A stretch of DNA of 64,000 bases from Verrucomicrobiota bacterium (GCA_016931415.1 JAFGEW010000099.1:18522-82521), one strand, 5' to 3'; counted from the first letter of the stretch, positions 26,891 to 36,806 are shown. Notes: generated from the sequence alone by a model not told the origin. Translations and numbers: made by a program.

Positions 26891-28909
26891 ATGAAACTCA
26901 AGGGCCTAGCGGACCTCGACGAAGTCAAGCGAGAGGGCCTCCGCCTGCTCTATCCGGACCGGGTCAAGATTATCGTCGGCACGGCCACGTGCGGCATGGC
27001 CGCCGGCGCGGGCAAGGTTGTCGAGACGTTCCGGCGCGTGATCGACGAGCTGAAGCTCGAGGCGATCGTCGAGGAGACCGGGTGCATCGGCATGTGTCAG
27101 AAGGAGCCGATCGTCACCGTCTACCGGCCGGGCCAGACCAAACTTGTCTACCACTCGATGACGCCTAAGAAGGCCGAGGAACTCGCCCGCCAACTCGCCG
27201 AGGGCAACCCGGGCACGCAGAACGCCCTGGGCCAGATCTTCCGCGAGAAGGCGTTGCTCAGCGGCGAGGAGAGAGTGCTGGGCAAGAACGGCGGCAGCGC
27301 ACCCCTGAGCGAGGCGCCCGACCTTGACGAGATCCCCTTCTATCGCAAGCAGCTCAAGATCGCGCTGCGCAACTGCGGCTATATCGATCCGAACGACATC
27401 CGCCACTCCATCGCGCGCGGCGGCTACTACACGCTCTACAAGGTGCTCACCGAGTGGAAGCCCGACGCCGTCGTCGAGGAAATCACCAAGAGCGGCCTGC
27501 GCGGCCGGGGCGGCGGCGGGTTCCCGACGGGGCGCAAGTGGCGCTCGTGCCGCGACGCGAAAGGCCAGCATCACTACATCATCTGCAACGCCGACGAGGG
27601 TGATCCCGGGGCCTTCATGGATCGCAGCCTGCTCGAGGGCGATCCGCACAGCATGCTCGAGGGGATGATCATCGGCGCCTTCGGCATCGGCGGCGACGAA
27701 GGCTACATCTACGTCCGCAACGAGTATCCCCAGGCGATACGCAAACTCACGCGCGCCCTCGAACAGTGCCACGAATACGGCTTGCTCGGCGACAACATCT
27801 TCGGCACCGAGTTCTCGTTTGACATCACGATCAACCGCGGCGGCGGCGCGTTCGTGTGCGGCGAGTCCACCGCGCTCATGGCGTCGCTCGAAGGGCAGGT
27901 CGGCGAGCCGCGCGCCAAGTACATCCACACCGTCGAGCACGGGTTGCGCGACCAGCCGAGCTGCCTCAACAATGTTGAGACGTGGGCCAACGTGCCTGCC
28001 GTCATGGGCAAGGGCGCCGACTGGTTCACCTCGATCGGCACAGGCGGCAGCAAGGGCACGAAAGTGTTCAGCCTCGTCGGCACGATCCGGACCACGGGCC
28101 TGATCGAGGTGCCGATGGGCATCTCAATCCGCGAGGTGCTCGAGGATATCGGCGGCGGTGTGCGCGAGGGCCACCGGTTCAAAGCCGTGCAGACCGGCGG
28201 CCCTTCGGGCGGCACGATCCTCGTCGACGAACGCGGCGCCACCGTCCGCACCGAGCCCGCGACCGGCGCCTACACGGTCGGCATCATGCCGGAGAGCCTG
28301 CTCGACTTGCCGATCGACTTCGACAGCCTCACCGAGGCCGGCTCGATGATGGGCTCTGGCGGCTTGATCGTGATGGACGAGACGAGCTGCATGGTCGACG
28401 TCGCCCGCTACTTCCTCAGGTTTCTTGCCGAGGAGAGTTGCGGCAAGTGCCTCCCGTGCCGCGAAGGTCTGCGCCAGATGGTCAACATCCTCGACCGCAT
28501 CTGTGAGGGCAAGGGCGAGCACGGCGACATCGAGCTGCTTGAGGAACTCGGCAACGTGGTGATGGACACATCGCTCTGCGCGCTCGGCGGCACGGCGGCC
28601 AACCCGCCGCTGTCGACGATCCGGTATTTCCGCGACGAGTACGAGGCGCACATCTACGACAAGAACTGCCCCGCCGGTGTGTGCAAGGCGCTGATCGCCT
28701 ACGGGGTCAACGCCGAGGCGTGCACGGGTTGCGGCCTGTGCCTGAAGGCGTGTCCGACGGACGCCGTGTTCACACGCAAGCCCAAGGCGGGCGAGAGCAC
28801 GCCGAAGCTGCGCGAGGGCCGCGACCTTCACGACATTTCGCAGGACAAGTGCATCAAGTGCGGGGCCTGTTTCGAAGCCTGCACGTTCGACGCCGTGGTC
28901 AAGGAGTAG
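26891..28909 (+). CDS. HydB-type NuoF-like FMN/NADH subunit with N-terminal [2Fe-2S] and C-terminal 2x[4Fe-4S] domains
   Basis: TCGMAAGA..CIGMC, GRGGGGFPTG, NADEGDPGAFMDR, GGPSGG, ESCGKCLPC, CPAGVC and two CxxCxxCxxxC motifs. Confidence 0.92.
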   Translation: MKLKGLADLDEVKREGLRLLYPDRVKIIVGTATCGMAAGAGKVVETFRRVIDELKLEAIVEETGCIGMCQKEPIVTVYRPGQTKLVYHSMTPKKAEELARQLAEGNPGTQNALGQIFREKALLSGEERVLGKNGGSAPLSEAPDLDEIPFYRKQLKIALRNCGYIDPNDIRHSIARGGYYTLYKVLTEWKPDAVVEEITKSGLRGRGGGGFPTGRKWRSCRDAKGQHHYIICNADEGDPGAFMDRSLLEGDPHSMLEGMIIGAFGIGGDEGYIYVRNEYPQAIRKLTRALEQCHEYGLLGDNIFGTEFSFDITINRGGGAFVCGESTALMASLEGQVGEPRAKYIHTVEHGLRDQPSCLNNVETWANVPAVMGKGADWFTSIGTGGSKGTKVFSLVGTIRTTGLIEVPMGISIREVLEDIGGGVREGHRFKAVQTGGPSGGTILVDERGATVRTEPATGAYTVGIMPESLLDLPIDFDSLTEAGSMMGSGGLIVMDETSCMVDVARYFLRFLAEESCGKCLPCREGLRQMVNILDRICEGKGEHGDIELLEELGNVVMDTSLCALGGTAANPPLSTIRYFRDEYEAHIYDKNCPAGVCKALIAYGVNAEACTGCGLCLKACPTDAVFTRKPKAGESTPKLREGRDLHDISQDKCIKCGACFEACTFDAVVKE

Positions 28910-28913
28910 CTCC

Positions 28914-30671
28914 ATGCCTGACGAGACGGTCACATTGACGATCGACGGCAACAAGATCGAGGTCGAGCCGGGCATCTACGTGCTCGAAGCCGCCCAACGG
29001 CTCGGCATCTGGATTCCGACGCTATGCAACTACAAGGGCCTGACACCGTACGGCGCCTGCCGGCTCTGCACGGTCGAGGCGACGAAGGGATCGCGCACTC
29101 GCCTTGTCACCTCGTGCAACTACCCGGTGAGCGACGGCCTTGTCGTGCGCACCGACACCGAGCGTGTGCGCACGGCGCGGCGCATCCTCGTCGAGCTGCT
29201 CTGTGCGCGCCACGGCAAGGTGGGGATCGTCAAAGAGCTTGCCGCCAACGTCGGTGTGACCAAGCCGCGCTTCGGCGAGGGCGACGAGGCGTGTATCCTG
29301 TGCGGCCTGTGCGTCCGCGCGTGTGCCGAAATGGCGCGCGCCTACGCGATCGGGTTCTCGCAGCGCGGTACGGAGAAGATCGTTACCACGCCGTTTGACG
29401 AGCCGAGCGAGGTGTGCATCAACTGCGGTGCCTGCGCCAAGGTCTGCCCGACGGGCGCGATCTATATCGAGGGCGCCGAGGAGATCCGTCACGACGAGCT
29501 CATGCTCGGCCCCGACGCGGCGATCTCGGTGCCGACGATGCAGGCGGTGCCCAACGTGCCCGCGCTCGACGCGACACGCTGCCTTCACTTCCAGCGCGAC
29601 GGGTGCGGCATCTGCGCGCCCAACTGCCCGGCGAACGCGATCGACTACTCGATGCAGGACGAGGAGATCGAGGTTGAGTGCGGCACGATGGTCGTCGCCA
29701 CCGGCTTCCAGACCTTCGACCCCAGTCCGATGGAGCAGTACGGCTACGGCCGCTTCCCGAACGTGATCACGTCGCTCGAGTTCGAGCGGCTCTCGAACGC
29801 GGCGGGCCCGACGGGCGGCGAGATTGTGCTGCGCAACGGCGAGCGGCCGAAGTCGGTTGCCATCCTGCACTGCATCGGCAGCCGCGACGAGCACTACCAC
29901 AAGTACTGCTCGCGGGTGTGCTGCATGTACTCGCTCAAGTTCGCCCACCTCGTGCGCGAGAAGGTCGGCGCTCGGGTCTACGAGCTCTACATCGACATGC
30001 GCAGCTTCGGCAAAGGCTACGAGGAGTTCTACGACCGGCTGCTCCAGGAGGGGGCGCTGTTCATCCGGGGCAAAGGCGCCGAGGTGACCGACTTCGCCAT
30101 GCGGCCCGAGGAGGAAGGCAAGCTCATCGTCAAGTGCGAGGATACGCTCGCCGGCGTGCAGCGCCGCCTCCCGGTCGACATGGTGATCCTGTCGGTGGCG
30201 CTCGAGGCGCGTAGCGACTCGAAGCAGGTCGAGCGCCTCTTCAAGTTGTGCGCGAGCGAGGACGGCTTCTTCCTTGAGCGGCATCCGAAGCTCGCGCCCG
30301 TCGAGACGACGAGCGACGGCGTGTTCCTTGCGGGCTGTTGCCAAAGCCCGAAGGACATCCCGGACACCGTGGCCCAGGGCAGCGCGGCGGCGGCGCAGGC
30401 CTTGAGCCTCATCCTGCGCGGCGAAACCACGTTGAGCGGCGCGCATGCCGAGATCAACCCCGAGCTGTGCAGCGGCTGCCGCATCTGCAACGAGCTGTGC
30501 CCGTACAACGCCATCACGTATGACGCCGAGAAGAAGGTGAGCGAGGTCAATGCGAGCCTGTGCAAGGCGTGCGGGACGTGCGTGGCGGCGTGTCCGAGCG
30601 GGGCGATCAAGGGCAAGCACTTCACGAAGCAGCAGATCCTTGCCGAGCTGGAAGGAGTGTTGGCGAAATGA
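28914..30671 (+). CDS. Fusion of a NuoG/HydA-like Fe-S domain to the HdrA C-terminal half
   Basis: IPTLC..GACRLC..SC, CILCGLCVRAC, CINCGACAKVCP; then QAVPN, VVATG, LEFER, CIGSR, YCSRVCCMYSLK, PKDIPDTVAQ and a C-terminal 2x[4Fe-4S] domain. Confidence 0.9.
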   Translation: MPDETVTLTIDGNKIEVEPGIYVLEAAQRLGIWIPTLCNYKGLTPYGACRLCTVEATKGSRTRLVTSCNYPVSDGLVVRTDTERVRTARRILVELLCARHGKVGIVKELAANVGVTKPRFGEGDEACILCGLCVRACAEMARAYAIGFSQRGTEKIVTTPFDEPSEVCINCGACAKVCPTGAIYIEGAEEIRHDELMLGPDAAISVPTMQAVPNVPALDATRCLHFQRDGCGICAPNCPANAIDYSMQDEEIEVECGTMVVATGFQTFDPSPMEQYGYGRFPNVITSLEFERLSNAAGPTGGEIVLRNGERPKSVAILHCIGSRDEHYHKYCSRVCCMYSLKFAHLVREKVGARVYELYIDMRSFGKGYEEFYDRLLQEGALFIRGKGAEVTDFAMRPEEEGKLIVKCEDTLAGVQRRLPVDMVILSVALEARSDSKQVERLFKLCASEDGFFLERHPKLAPVETTSDGVFLAGCCQSPKDIPDTVAQGSAAAAQALSLILRGETTLSGAHAEINPELCSGCRICNELCPYNAITYDAEKKVSEVNASLCKACGTCVAACPSGAIKGKHFTKQQILAELEGVLAK

Positions 30672-31132
30672 GCAAGTTCGAACCGGTCATCGTCGGCTTT
30701 CTGTGCAACTGGTGCAGCTACACGGGCGCGGACCTTGCCGGCACGGCCCGCCGGCACTACCTGCCCAACCTGCGCATCATCCGCGTCATGTGCAGCGGGC
30801 GCGTCGAGCCGGGTTTTGTCGTCCAGGCGCTGCAGGACGGGGCCGACGGCGTGCTCGTGGCGGGATGCCATCCCGGCGACTGCCACTATATCGAGGGCAA
30901 CTACAAGACGCTGCGCCGCATGACGCTGCTCAAGAAGATGCTCGAGCAGTTCGGCATCGAGCCTGAGCGGGTGCGGCTCGAATGGATCAGCGCGAGCGAG
31001 GCGAACGACTTCGTCCGGGTCGTCAACGAGATGACCGAGGAGATTCGGGCGCTCGGGCCGCTCAAGCTCGGCCACTTCGAGGACGCTGCCGACGCCGAGC
31101 ACGCCGGGAAAGAAGCGGCCACGCCCGCATAG
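30668..31132 (+). CDS. mvhD: MvhD [2Fe-2S] adaptor subunit
   Basis: CNWCSYTGAD, RVMCSGR, GCHPGDCHY, WISASE; ATGA overlap with the upstream gene. Confidence 0.94.
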   Translation: MSKFEPVIVGFLCNWCSYTGADLAGTARRHYLPNLRIIRVMCSGRVEPGFVVQALQDGADGVLVAGCHPGDCHYIEGNYKTLRRMTLLKKMLEQFGIEPERVRLEWISASEANDFVRVVNEMTEEIRALGPLKLGHFEDAADAEHAGKEAATPA

Positions 31133-31156
31133 ACACCGCGATTCGAGGAGAAAGCC

Positions 31157-32152
31157 GTGGGCAAGCCCAAAGTCGCCTTCTACTGGTGCGCCAGTTGCGG
31201 CGGGTGCGAGGAAGCGGTCGTCGATCTGGCCGAGGATATCCTCAAGGTCGTCGATGCCGTTGACATCGTGCTCTGGCCCGTGGCGCTCGACTTCAAGCTC
31301 AAGGACGTCAAGGCGATGAAGGACGGCGAGATTGCCGTAAGCTTCATCAACGGGGCGGTGCGCACCGAGGAGCAGGAGGAGTGGGTCAAGCTGCTGCGCA
31401 GGAAGTCGGGGTTGGTCGTGGCCTTCGGCGCGTGCGCGCACCTAGGCGGCGTGCCCGGGCTGGCGAACTTCTTTGACCGCAAGGCGATCTTCGATCGCGC
31501 CTACGACAAGGTTCCGAGCGCCGACAACCCGAACAAGACCCGGCCGCAGACGAGGACCGAGGTGCCCGAGGGCGTGCTCACGCTGCCCGCCTTCTTCAAC
31601 ACGGTGCGGACGCTCGACCAGGTCATTGACGTGGATTATTACCTGCCCGGCTGCGCGCCGCCGCCGGACCTGATCATGGGAGCCGTCACGGCGATCCTCA
31701 AAGGCGAGCTGCCGCCCAAGGGCACGGTACTCGCTCCGACGAAGGCGCTGTGCGACACCTGTCCGCTCAAGGAATCGAAACCCGAGAAGATGCTCATCCA
31801 CGAGTTCAAACGCGTGGCGACGAGTACGCCGGACCCGACGGTGTGCTATCTCGCGCAAGGCTACGTCTGTCTCGGCCCGGCGACCCGCTCGGGCTGCGGC
31901 GAACGCTGCATCAACGCCAACATGACGTGCCGCGGCTGCTTCGGGCCGACGCCCGAAGCCATTGACCTGGGCGTGAAGGCCCTGTCGGCCATGGCGTCCA
32001 TCCTCGACACGAATGATGCCGACGAGATCACGCGGATCATGGATACCATGCCCGACCCGGCCGGCGTCTTCTACATGTACTGCTTGCCCTCGTCCGTGCT
32101 GCGGCGTCGCAAGGTGGAAGCCATTCCGAGAACGGAGAGCGCTCATGTCTAA
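31157..32152 (+). CDS. mvhG: Group 3c hydrogenase small subunit
   Basis: CASCGGC, GACA, PGCAP, CLGPATRSGC, CRGCFG. Confidence 0.92.
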   Translation: MGKPKVAFYWCASCGGCEEAVVDLAEDILKVVDAVDIVLWPVALDFKLKDVKAMKDGEIAVSFINGAVRTEEQEEWVKLLRRKSGLVVAFGACAHLGGVPGLANFFDRKAIFDRAYDKVPSADNPNKTRPQTRTEVPEGVLTLPAFFNTVRTLDQVIDVDYYLPGCAPPPDLIMGAVTAILKGELPPKGTVLAPTKALCDTCPLKESKPEKMLIHEFKRVATSTPDPTVCYLAQGYVCLGPATRSGCGERCINANMTCRGCFGPTPEAIDLGVKALSAMASILDTNDADEITRIMDTMPDPAGVFYMYCLPSSVLRRRKVEAIPRTESAHV

Positions 32153-33605
32153 GCAGATCACCATTGACCCGATCACGCGGCTCGAGGGCCACGGCAAGAT
32201 CGAGATATTCCTCGACGATGCAGGCAACGTGGCCAACGCCTACCTGCAGATTCCCGAGCTGCGCGGGTTCGAGCAGTTCGCCGTCGGCCGGCTCGTCGAG
32301 GAGATGCCGCGCATTACCCCGAAGATCTGCGGCGTGTGCCCGACGACGCACCACATGTGTTCGGGCAAGACCGTTGACGCCGTGTATCACGTCGACCCGC
32401 CGGTGCCGGCCAAGAAGATCCGCGAGCTGATCAACTCAGCGTTCATGTTCGAGGACCACACGCTGCACTTCTACTTCCTCGGCGGGCCGGACTTCGTCAT
32501 GGGGCCCGATGCGCCGGCGGCGACGCGCAACATCCTCGGCGTCATCGGTAAGGTGGGGCTCGAGATCGCGGGCCAGGTCATCGCCATCCGTCGCCGCACG
32601 CGCAAGGTGATCAGCGACCTCGGCGGACGCGTCATCCACCCGGTGTGCAACGTGCCGGGCGGTGTCTCGAAGGGGGTCACCAAGGAGCTGCAGGAAGAGT
32701 ACATCCAGACCGCGAAGGACGCCGTCGAGTTCGCCAGGTTCTCGCTCAAGCTCTTCGACGACGTCGTGCTGGCGAACAAGGGTTACGTCGACGTCATCGT
32801 CGGCGACGTCTACAAGCACCAGACCTACTACATGGGCCTGGTGGACAAAAACAACAAGGTCAGCTTCTACGACGGCGACGTGCGGGTCGTGACGCCGACG
32901 GGCGAGCAGTTCGCCAAGTTCAAGCCGAACGAGTATCTCGACCATATCGCCGAGCACGTCGAGCCGTGGAGCTACATCAAGTTCCCGTTCCTCAAGAAGG
33001 TCGGCTGGAAGGGCTTCGTCGACGGCAAGGACAGCGGTGTCTACCGCGTTGCGCCGCTCGCGCGGCTCAACGCGTCCGACGGTATGGCCACGCCCCAGGC
33101 GCAGGAGGCGTACGAGAAGATGTTCTCGGTCCTCGGCGGCAAGCCGGCGCACAACACGCTTGCCTACCACTGGGCGCGCCTCGTCGAGCTGCTCTACGCG
33201 GCCGAGCGTCTCCTCGAGCTGGCGCAAGATCCTGACATTCTCGATCCGAACATCCGCACGGTGCCGACCGAGACACCGTCCGAGGGCGTAGCTGTCGTCG
33301 AGGCGCCGCGTGGCACGCTCTATCACCACTACAAGACCGACGAGCGCGGCGTCGTGCAGGAAGCCAACCTCATCGTCGCGACGGTGAACAACTCGGCGGC
33401 GATCGCCATGTCGGTCGCGCGCGCCGCAAAGGGGCTCATCAAGAACGGCAAGGTCAACGACGGTCTGCTCAACATGGTCGAGATGGCCTTCCGCGCCTAT
33501 GACCCCTGCATGGCGTGCGCCACACACGCTTTGGGCAAGACGCCGCTCATTGTCACGCTGCGCGATCCGAGCGGCGACGCGATCCAAGTGCTGCGCCGCG
33601 ACTGA
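32145..33605 (+). CDS. mvhA: Group 3c [NiFe]-hydrogenase large subunit
   Basis: PITRLEGHG, ELRGFE, L1 KICGVCP, L2 DPCMACATH. Confidence 0.93.
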   Translation: MSKQITIDPITRLEGHGKIEIFLDDAGNVANAYLQIPELRGFEQFAVGRLVEEMPRITPKICGVCPTTHHMCSGKTVDAVYHVDPPVPAKKIRELINSAFMFEDHTLHFYFLGGPDFVMGPDAPAATRNILGVIGKVGLEIAGQVIAIRRRTRKVISDLGGRVIHPVCNVPGGVSKGVTKELQEEYIQTAKDAVEFARFSLKLFDDVVLANKGYVDVIVGDVYKHQTYYMGLVDKNNKVSFYDGDVRVVTPTGEQFAKFKPNEYLDHIAEHVEPWSYIKFPFLKKVGWKGFVDGKDSGVYRVAPLARLNASDGMATPQAQEAYEKMFSVLGGKPAHNTLAYHWARLVELLYAAERLLELAQDPDILDPNIRTVPTETPSEGVAVVEAPRGTLYHHYKTDERGVVQEANLIVATVNNSAAIAMSVARAAKGLIKNGKVNDGLLNMVEMAFRAYDPCMACATHALGKTPLIVTLRDPSGDAIQVLRRD

Positions 33606-33769
33606 TCGAAACATGACACGCCAGATCAACCGCCCTGTGCCCGTCCGAGGGGTGCAGGGCGGCTTTTCCTCAAGGGACACCCGTCCGGACGCATTCGCGG
33701 AACTCGCTAAGCATCTTAACTGTTACTGTAAGGAATGCCGGAAGTCCGACTGAGCAGAGGAGCACTCTG

Positions 33770-34354
33770 ATGTGGTCTCGGCTGGTTCGTGTGGGTCTGC
33801 TTGCAGTGGTTGTTCTGGTCACACCTGCCTGCGCCGCCTTGGTTCGGCGGGCGGCGGCATTCTCCCCCTTGCTCGCCCATGGCGAAGGCGGCGAAGACGG
33901 CTTGGTGGAGATGCTCGGCGAGCAGCACGTTGCCGTCATTCATTTCCCGATTGCGCTCACCATTGCAGCCGCGCTGGCGGAGCTGCTCGCCCTCATCACG
34001 CGGCGGCCTGCGTTCACGCACGCGGCTCGCTTCTGCATCGTGATCGCGGCGCTCGGCGCCATCGCCGCCGTCATCACCGGCTGGATCGCGTTCGGGGAGG
34101 AAACCGAAGGCATGACGGCAGCAGCTATGAAGTCGAATCCCCTGACCCGGAATCTTCTGATCCATCGTTCGCTCGGTATTGCGGCGGCCATCGTGATCGT
34201 GGCAGGGGCCGTTCTGTCCGAGGTTGGCCACATCGGCCGGAACAAGTGGGTGATGCTGGCATCCCGGATCGCCTTGCTCGCGGCCGTTGTCCTCGTAGTT
34301 CTTACAGGCTACTACGGTGGGAAATATGTGTTCCCCGAAATGCCACCGGCTTAG
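33770..34354 (+). CDS. DUF2231-like membrane protein
   Basis: H..VIHFPIAL, TGW and TGYYGG motifs; about four TM segments after a leader. Confidence 0.7.
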   Translation: MWSRLVRVGLLAVVVLVTPACAALVRRAAAFSPLLAHGEGGEDGLVEMLGEQHVAVIHFPIALTIAAALAELLALITRRPAFTHAARFCIVIAALGAIAAVITGWIAFGEETEGMTAAAMKSNPLTRNLLIHRSLGIAAAIVIVAGAVLSEVGHIGRNKWVMLASRIALLAAVVLVVLTGYYGGKYVFPEMPPA

Positions 34355-34370
34355 CAGACGTGCCACGACC

Positions 34371-35762
34371 GTGCTTCGTGCTGTTGTGCTCGCCTTGATC
34401 GCGGTTGGCGGATCGTCGTGCGCAGGCCGGCGGGAGACGCTGTCTGACGGAAGGCCGGTGCCCGCGAACGGCCCGATGCCGGCGTCGCCGATATCGGCGC
34501 CGGCCATGTTGCCCGACGAGCCGACGATTGATGACTACATCGCCTACGCGGAGCAGAACAACCCAGCGATACGTGCCGCGCGGGAGCGGTGGCATGCGGC
34601 GCTGGAACGCGTCCGGCAGGCGCGCTCGCTGCCTGACCCGAGGCTGAGTTTCGGCGAGTTCGTCGAGTCGGTCGAGACGCGCGTCGGGCCGCAGGAGTGG
34701 AACGCGACGTTGTCGCAAACCTTCCCCTGGTTTGGCACGCTCGGGCTGCGCGGCGACGCTGCCCGCTCTGGCGCCGCGATGGCCGCACAACAGGTCGAGG
34801 CGCTGCGCCTCAAGATCATCTACCAACTCAAACACGACTACTACGAGTACTACTACCTCGCCCGTGCCGTCGGCGTGAGCGAGGAGAACGTGCAGCTTGT
34901 CGCCGATCTCGAGGAGGTCGCCCGCACCGCCTACGCTGCGGGCCGGGTGCCGCAAGCGGCGGTGATCAAGGCCCAGGTCGAGCTCGAGAAGCTCCGCGAC
35001 CGCCTCCGCACACTTAGCGAGCAACGCATTCCCGTCGCAGCCAAGATCAACGCTCTCCTCGGGCGGGAAGCCGATGCGCCGCTGCCGTGGCCGCAGGTAT
35101 TGCCCGACGATGACGAAATCCTGCCGGCCGCTGAACTCCTCAACCAGCTCCGTACAGCGAACCCCGAACTCCGTGCCCTGGCCCATGCGGCGAACAGGGC
35201 GAGCCGCGCCGAGGCACTCGCGCGCAAGGCGCGCTACCCCGACCTGACGCTCGGCGTCACCTACGTCTCGACCGGTGACGCCGTCATGCCCAACGTCGCC
35301 GGCAGCGGCAAGGACCCCGTCATGGTCATGTTGTCGGTCAACCTGCCCGTCTGGGGCGGCAGGAACCGCGCCGTCATCCGCGAGGCCCGGGCGCAGCTCG
35401 AGTCGGCCATCGCCGAACGCGGCGACCGCGAGAACATGCTGGTCGCCGAGCTCGAGATGGCGCTGTTCAAGTACAACGACGCGGTGCGCAAGATCACCCT
35501 GTACCGCGACACGCTGGTTCCCCAGGCCAAGCAGAGCCTCAACGTGACCCAGCAGGCTTTCACGGCCGGCACGGTGGCCTTCCTTGACCTGATCGACGCC
35601 CAACGCACGCTGCTCGAGATCCAGCTCATGGCCGAACGGGCGCTCGTGGACCGCGCTCAGCAGCGCGCCGCACTCGATATGCTGACCGGGCGCGGGCTGT
35701 CGAATGGCGCGGGAAACACTGCGGTCGGGAATCAACTTGGTGCTGATGGTGTTGAGAAATGA
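34371..35762 (+). CDS. TolC-family outer membrane efflux lipoprotein (CusC role)
   Basis: Lipobox-like GGSSC; NNP..A, LPDP, SQTFPWFG, FLDLIDAQR; start codon uncertain. Confidence 0.85.
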   Translation: MLRAVVLALIAVGGSSCAGRRETLSDGRPVPANGPMPASPISAPAMLPDEPTIDDYIAYAEQNNPAIRAARERWHAALERVRQARSLPDPRLSFGEFVESVETRVGPQEWNATLSQTFPWFGTLGLRGDAARSGAAMAAQQVEALRLKIIYQLKHDYYEYYYLARAVGVSEENVQLVADLEEVARTAYAAGRVPQAAVIKAQVELEKLRDRLRTLSEQRIPVAAKINALLGREADAPLPWPQVLPDDDEILPAAELLNQLRTANPELRALAHAANRASRAEALARKARYPDLTLGVTYVSTGDAVMPNVAGSGKDPVMVMLSVNLPVWGGRNRAVIREARAQLESAIAERGDRENMLVAELEMALFKYNDAVRKITLYRDTLVPQAKQSLNVTQQAFTAGTVAFLDLIDAQRTLLEIQLMAERALVDRAQQRAALDMLTGRGLSNGAGNTAVGNQLGADGVEK

Positions 35763-35818
35763 ATGGACTCATCGTGAATGTACACACGCGATCAGCACCC
35801 AGGCCGAGGAGAGTGCTC

Positions 35819-36625
35819 ATGAAGACCATGTTCGCCGCGCTTGTCGCCGCGGCCCTTATAGGCATTGTCGTGACGCCTGCGTTCCCCGAAGGCGAGGCCG
35901 AGGTCAGAGGGCAGACAATCTGCCCAGTCATGGGCGGCGTCGTCGACAAGCAGTACTTCGCCGACCACAACGGGAAGCGTGTCTACTTCTGCTGCCCGGC
36001 GTGCGCGCCCGAGTTCGCCAAAGATCCGGAGAAGTACATCAAGAAGCTCGAAGACGAAGGCATCACGCTCGATCAGACGCCGGACGATGGCCAGGGCGCC
36101 GATGAGGCGGCAGGCCACACCGGGCAAGTCTGGATATGTTCCATGCACGCGCAGGTCGAGCAGCCAGAGGCGGGCAATTGCCCCATGTGTGGCATGGACT
36201 TGGTCTTGCGCGAGGCCGAGGGAACGACCGAGACTGTCACGACGCAGACAGCCTGCCCCAATTCGGGCAAGCCGATTAACAAGAACCACTTCGCCGACTA
36301 CAACGGGAAGCGCGTCTACTTCTGCGGTCCCGGCTGCGTCAAGGCCTTCAAGGCCGATCCCGAGCCGTACATGAAGAGGCTCGCCGACGCCGGCGTCGTA
36401 CTCGAAGATGCGCCCAGGGAAGTGAAAACGCAGACGATGTGCCCCGTGCTGACGAACCAGAAGATCAACAAGAGCATCTTCGCTGACCACGAGGGCAAGC
36501 GCGTCTACTTCTGCTGCCGCAGTTGCCAGCGCGCGTTCGGGAAGAACCCAGCCAAGTACGTGAAGCAGCTCGAGGACCAGGGCATCACGCTCGAGCGTGT
36601 GTCCCAGACCTCCCACTCGCACTGA
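35819..36625 (+). CDS. Exported protein with three YHS domains and one heavy-metal-binding domain
   Basis: Signal peptide; three QTxCP..GKRVYFC repeats; CSMH..CPMCGMDL. Confidence 0.85.
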   Translation: MKTMFAALVAAALIGIVVTPAFPEGEAEVRGQTICPVMGGVVDKQYFADHNGKRVYFCCPACAPEFAKDPEKYIKKLEDEGITLDQTPDDGQGADEAAGHTGQVWICSMHAQVEQPEAGNCPMCGMDLVLREAEGTTETVTTQTACPNSGKPINKNHFADYNGKRVYFCGPGCVKAFKADPEPYMKRLADAGVVLEDAPREVKTQTMCPVLTNQKINKSIFADHEGKRVYFCCRSCQRAFGKNPAKYVKQLEDQGITLERVSQTSHSH

Positions 36626-36806
36626 CAGCACCCGGGCTGCGGGTGACCTCGCGCCTGCGGCGCGGATGTGGGAGGAGGAGGGCCTGAGTGACGATTGTGA
36701 GGCGACGCGACGGGCCCGGACAGACAGCGCGGGTGATGGCGCCGGCGGAGACGCCCCGCTACGGTGTGCTAGCCTCCTGTCCGAGTGGCGCCGAGGTGGT
36801 GACGAG

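Noticed and set aside
25509-33605. Selenocysteine recoding or a frameshift as the cause of the short hdrA
   Set aside because: The usual Sec positions in HdrA, MvhD and MvhA are Cys codons; the hdrA(N) TGA follows a non-homologous tail, and the missing half is present 3 kb downstream
33613-33753. Short ORF ending CYCKEC after mvhA
   Set aside because: No RBS and atypical codon usage; more likely the promoter region of the efflux operon
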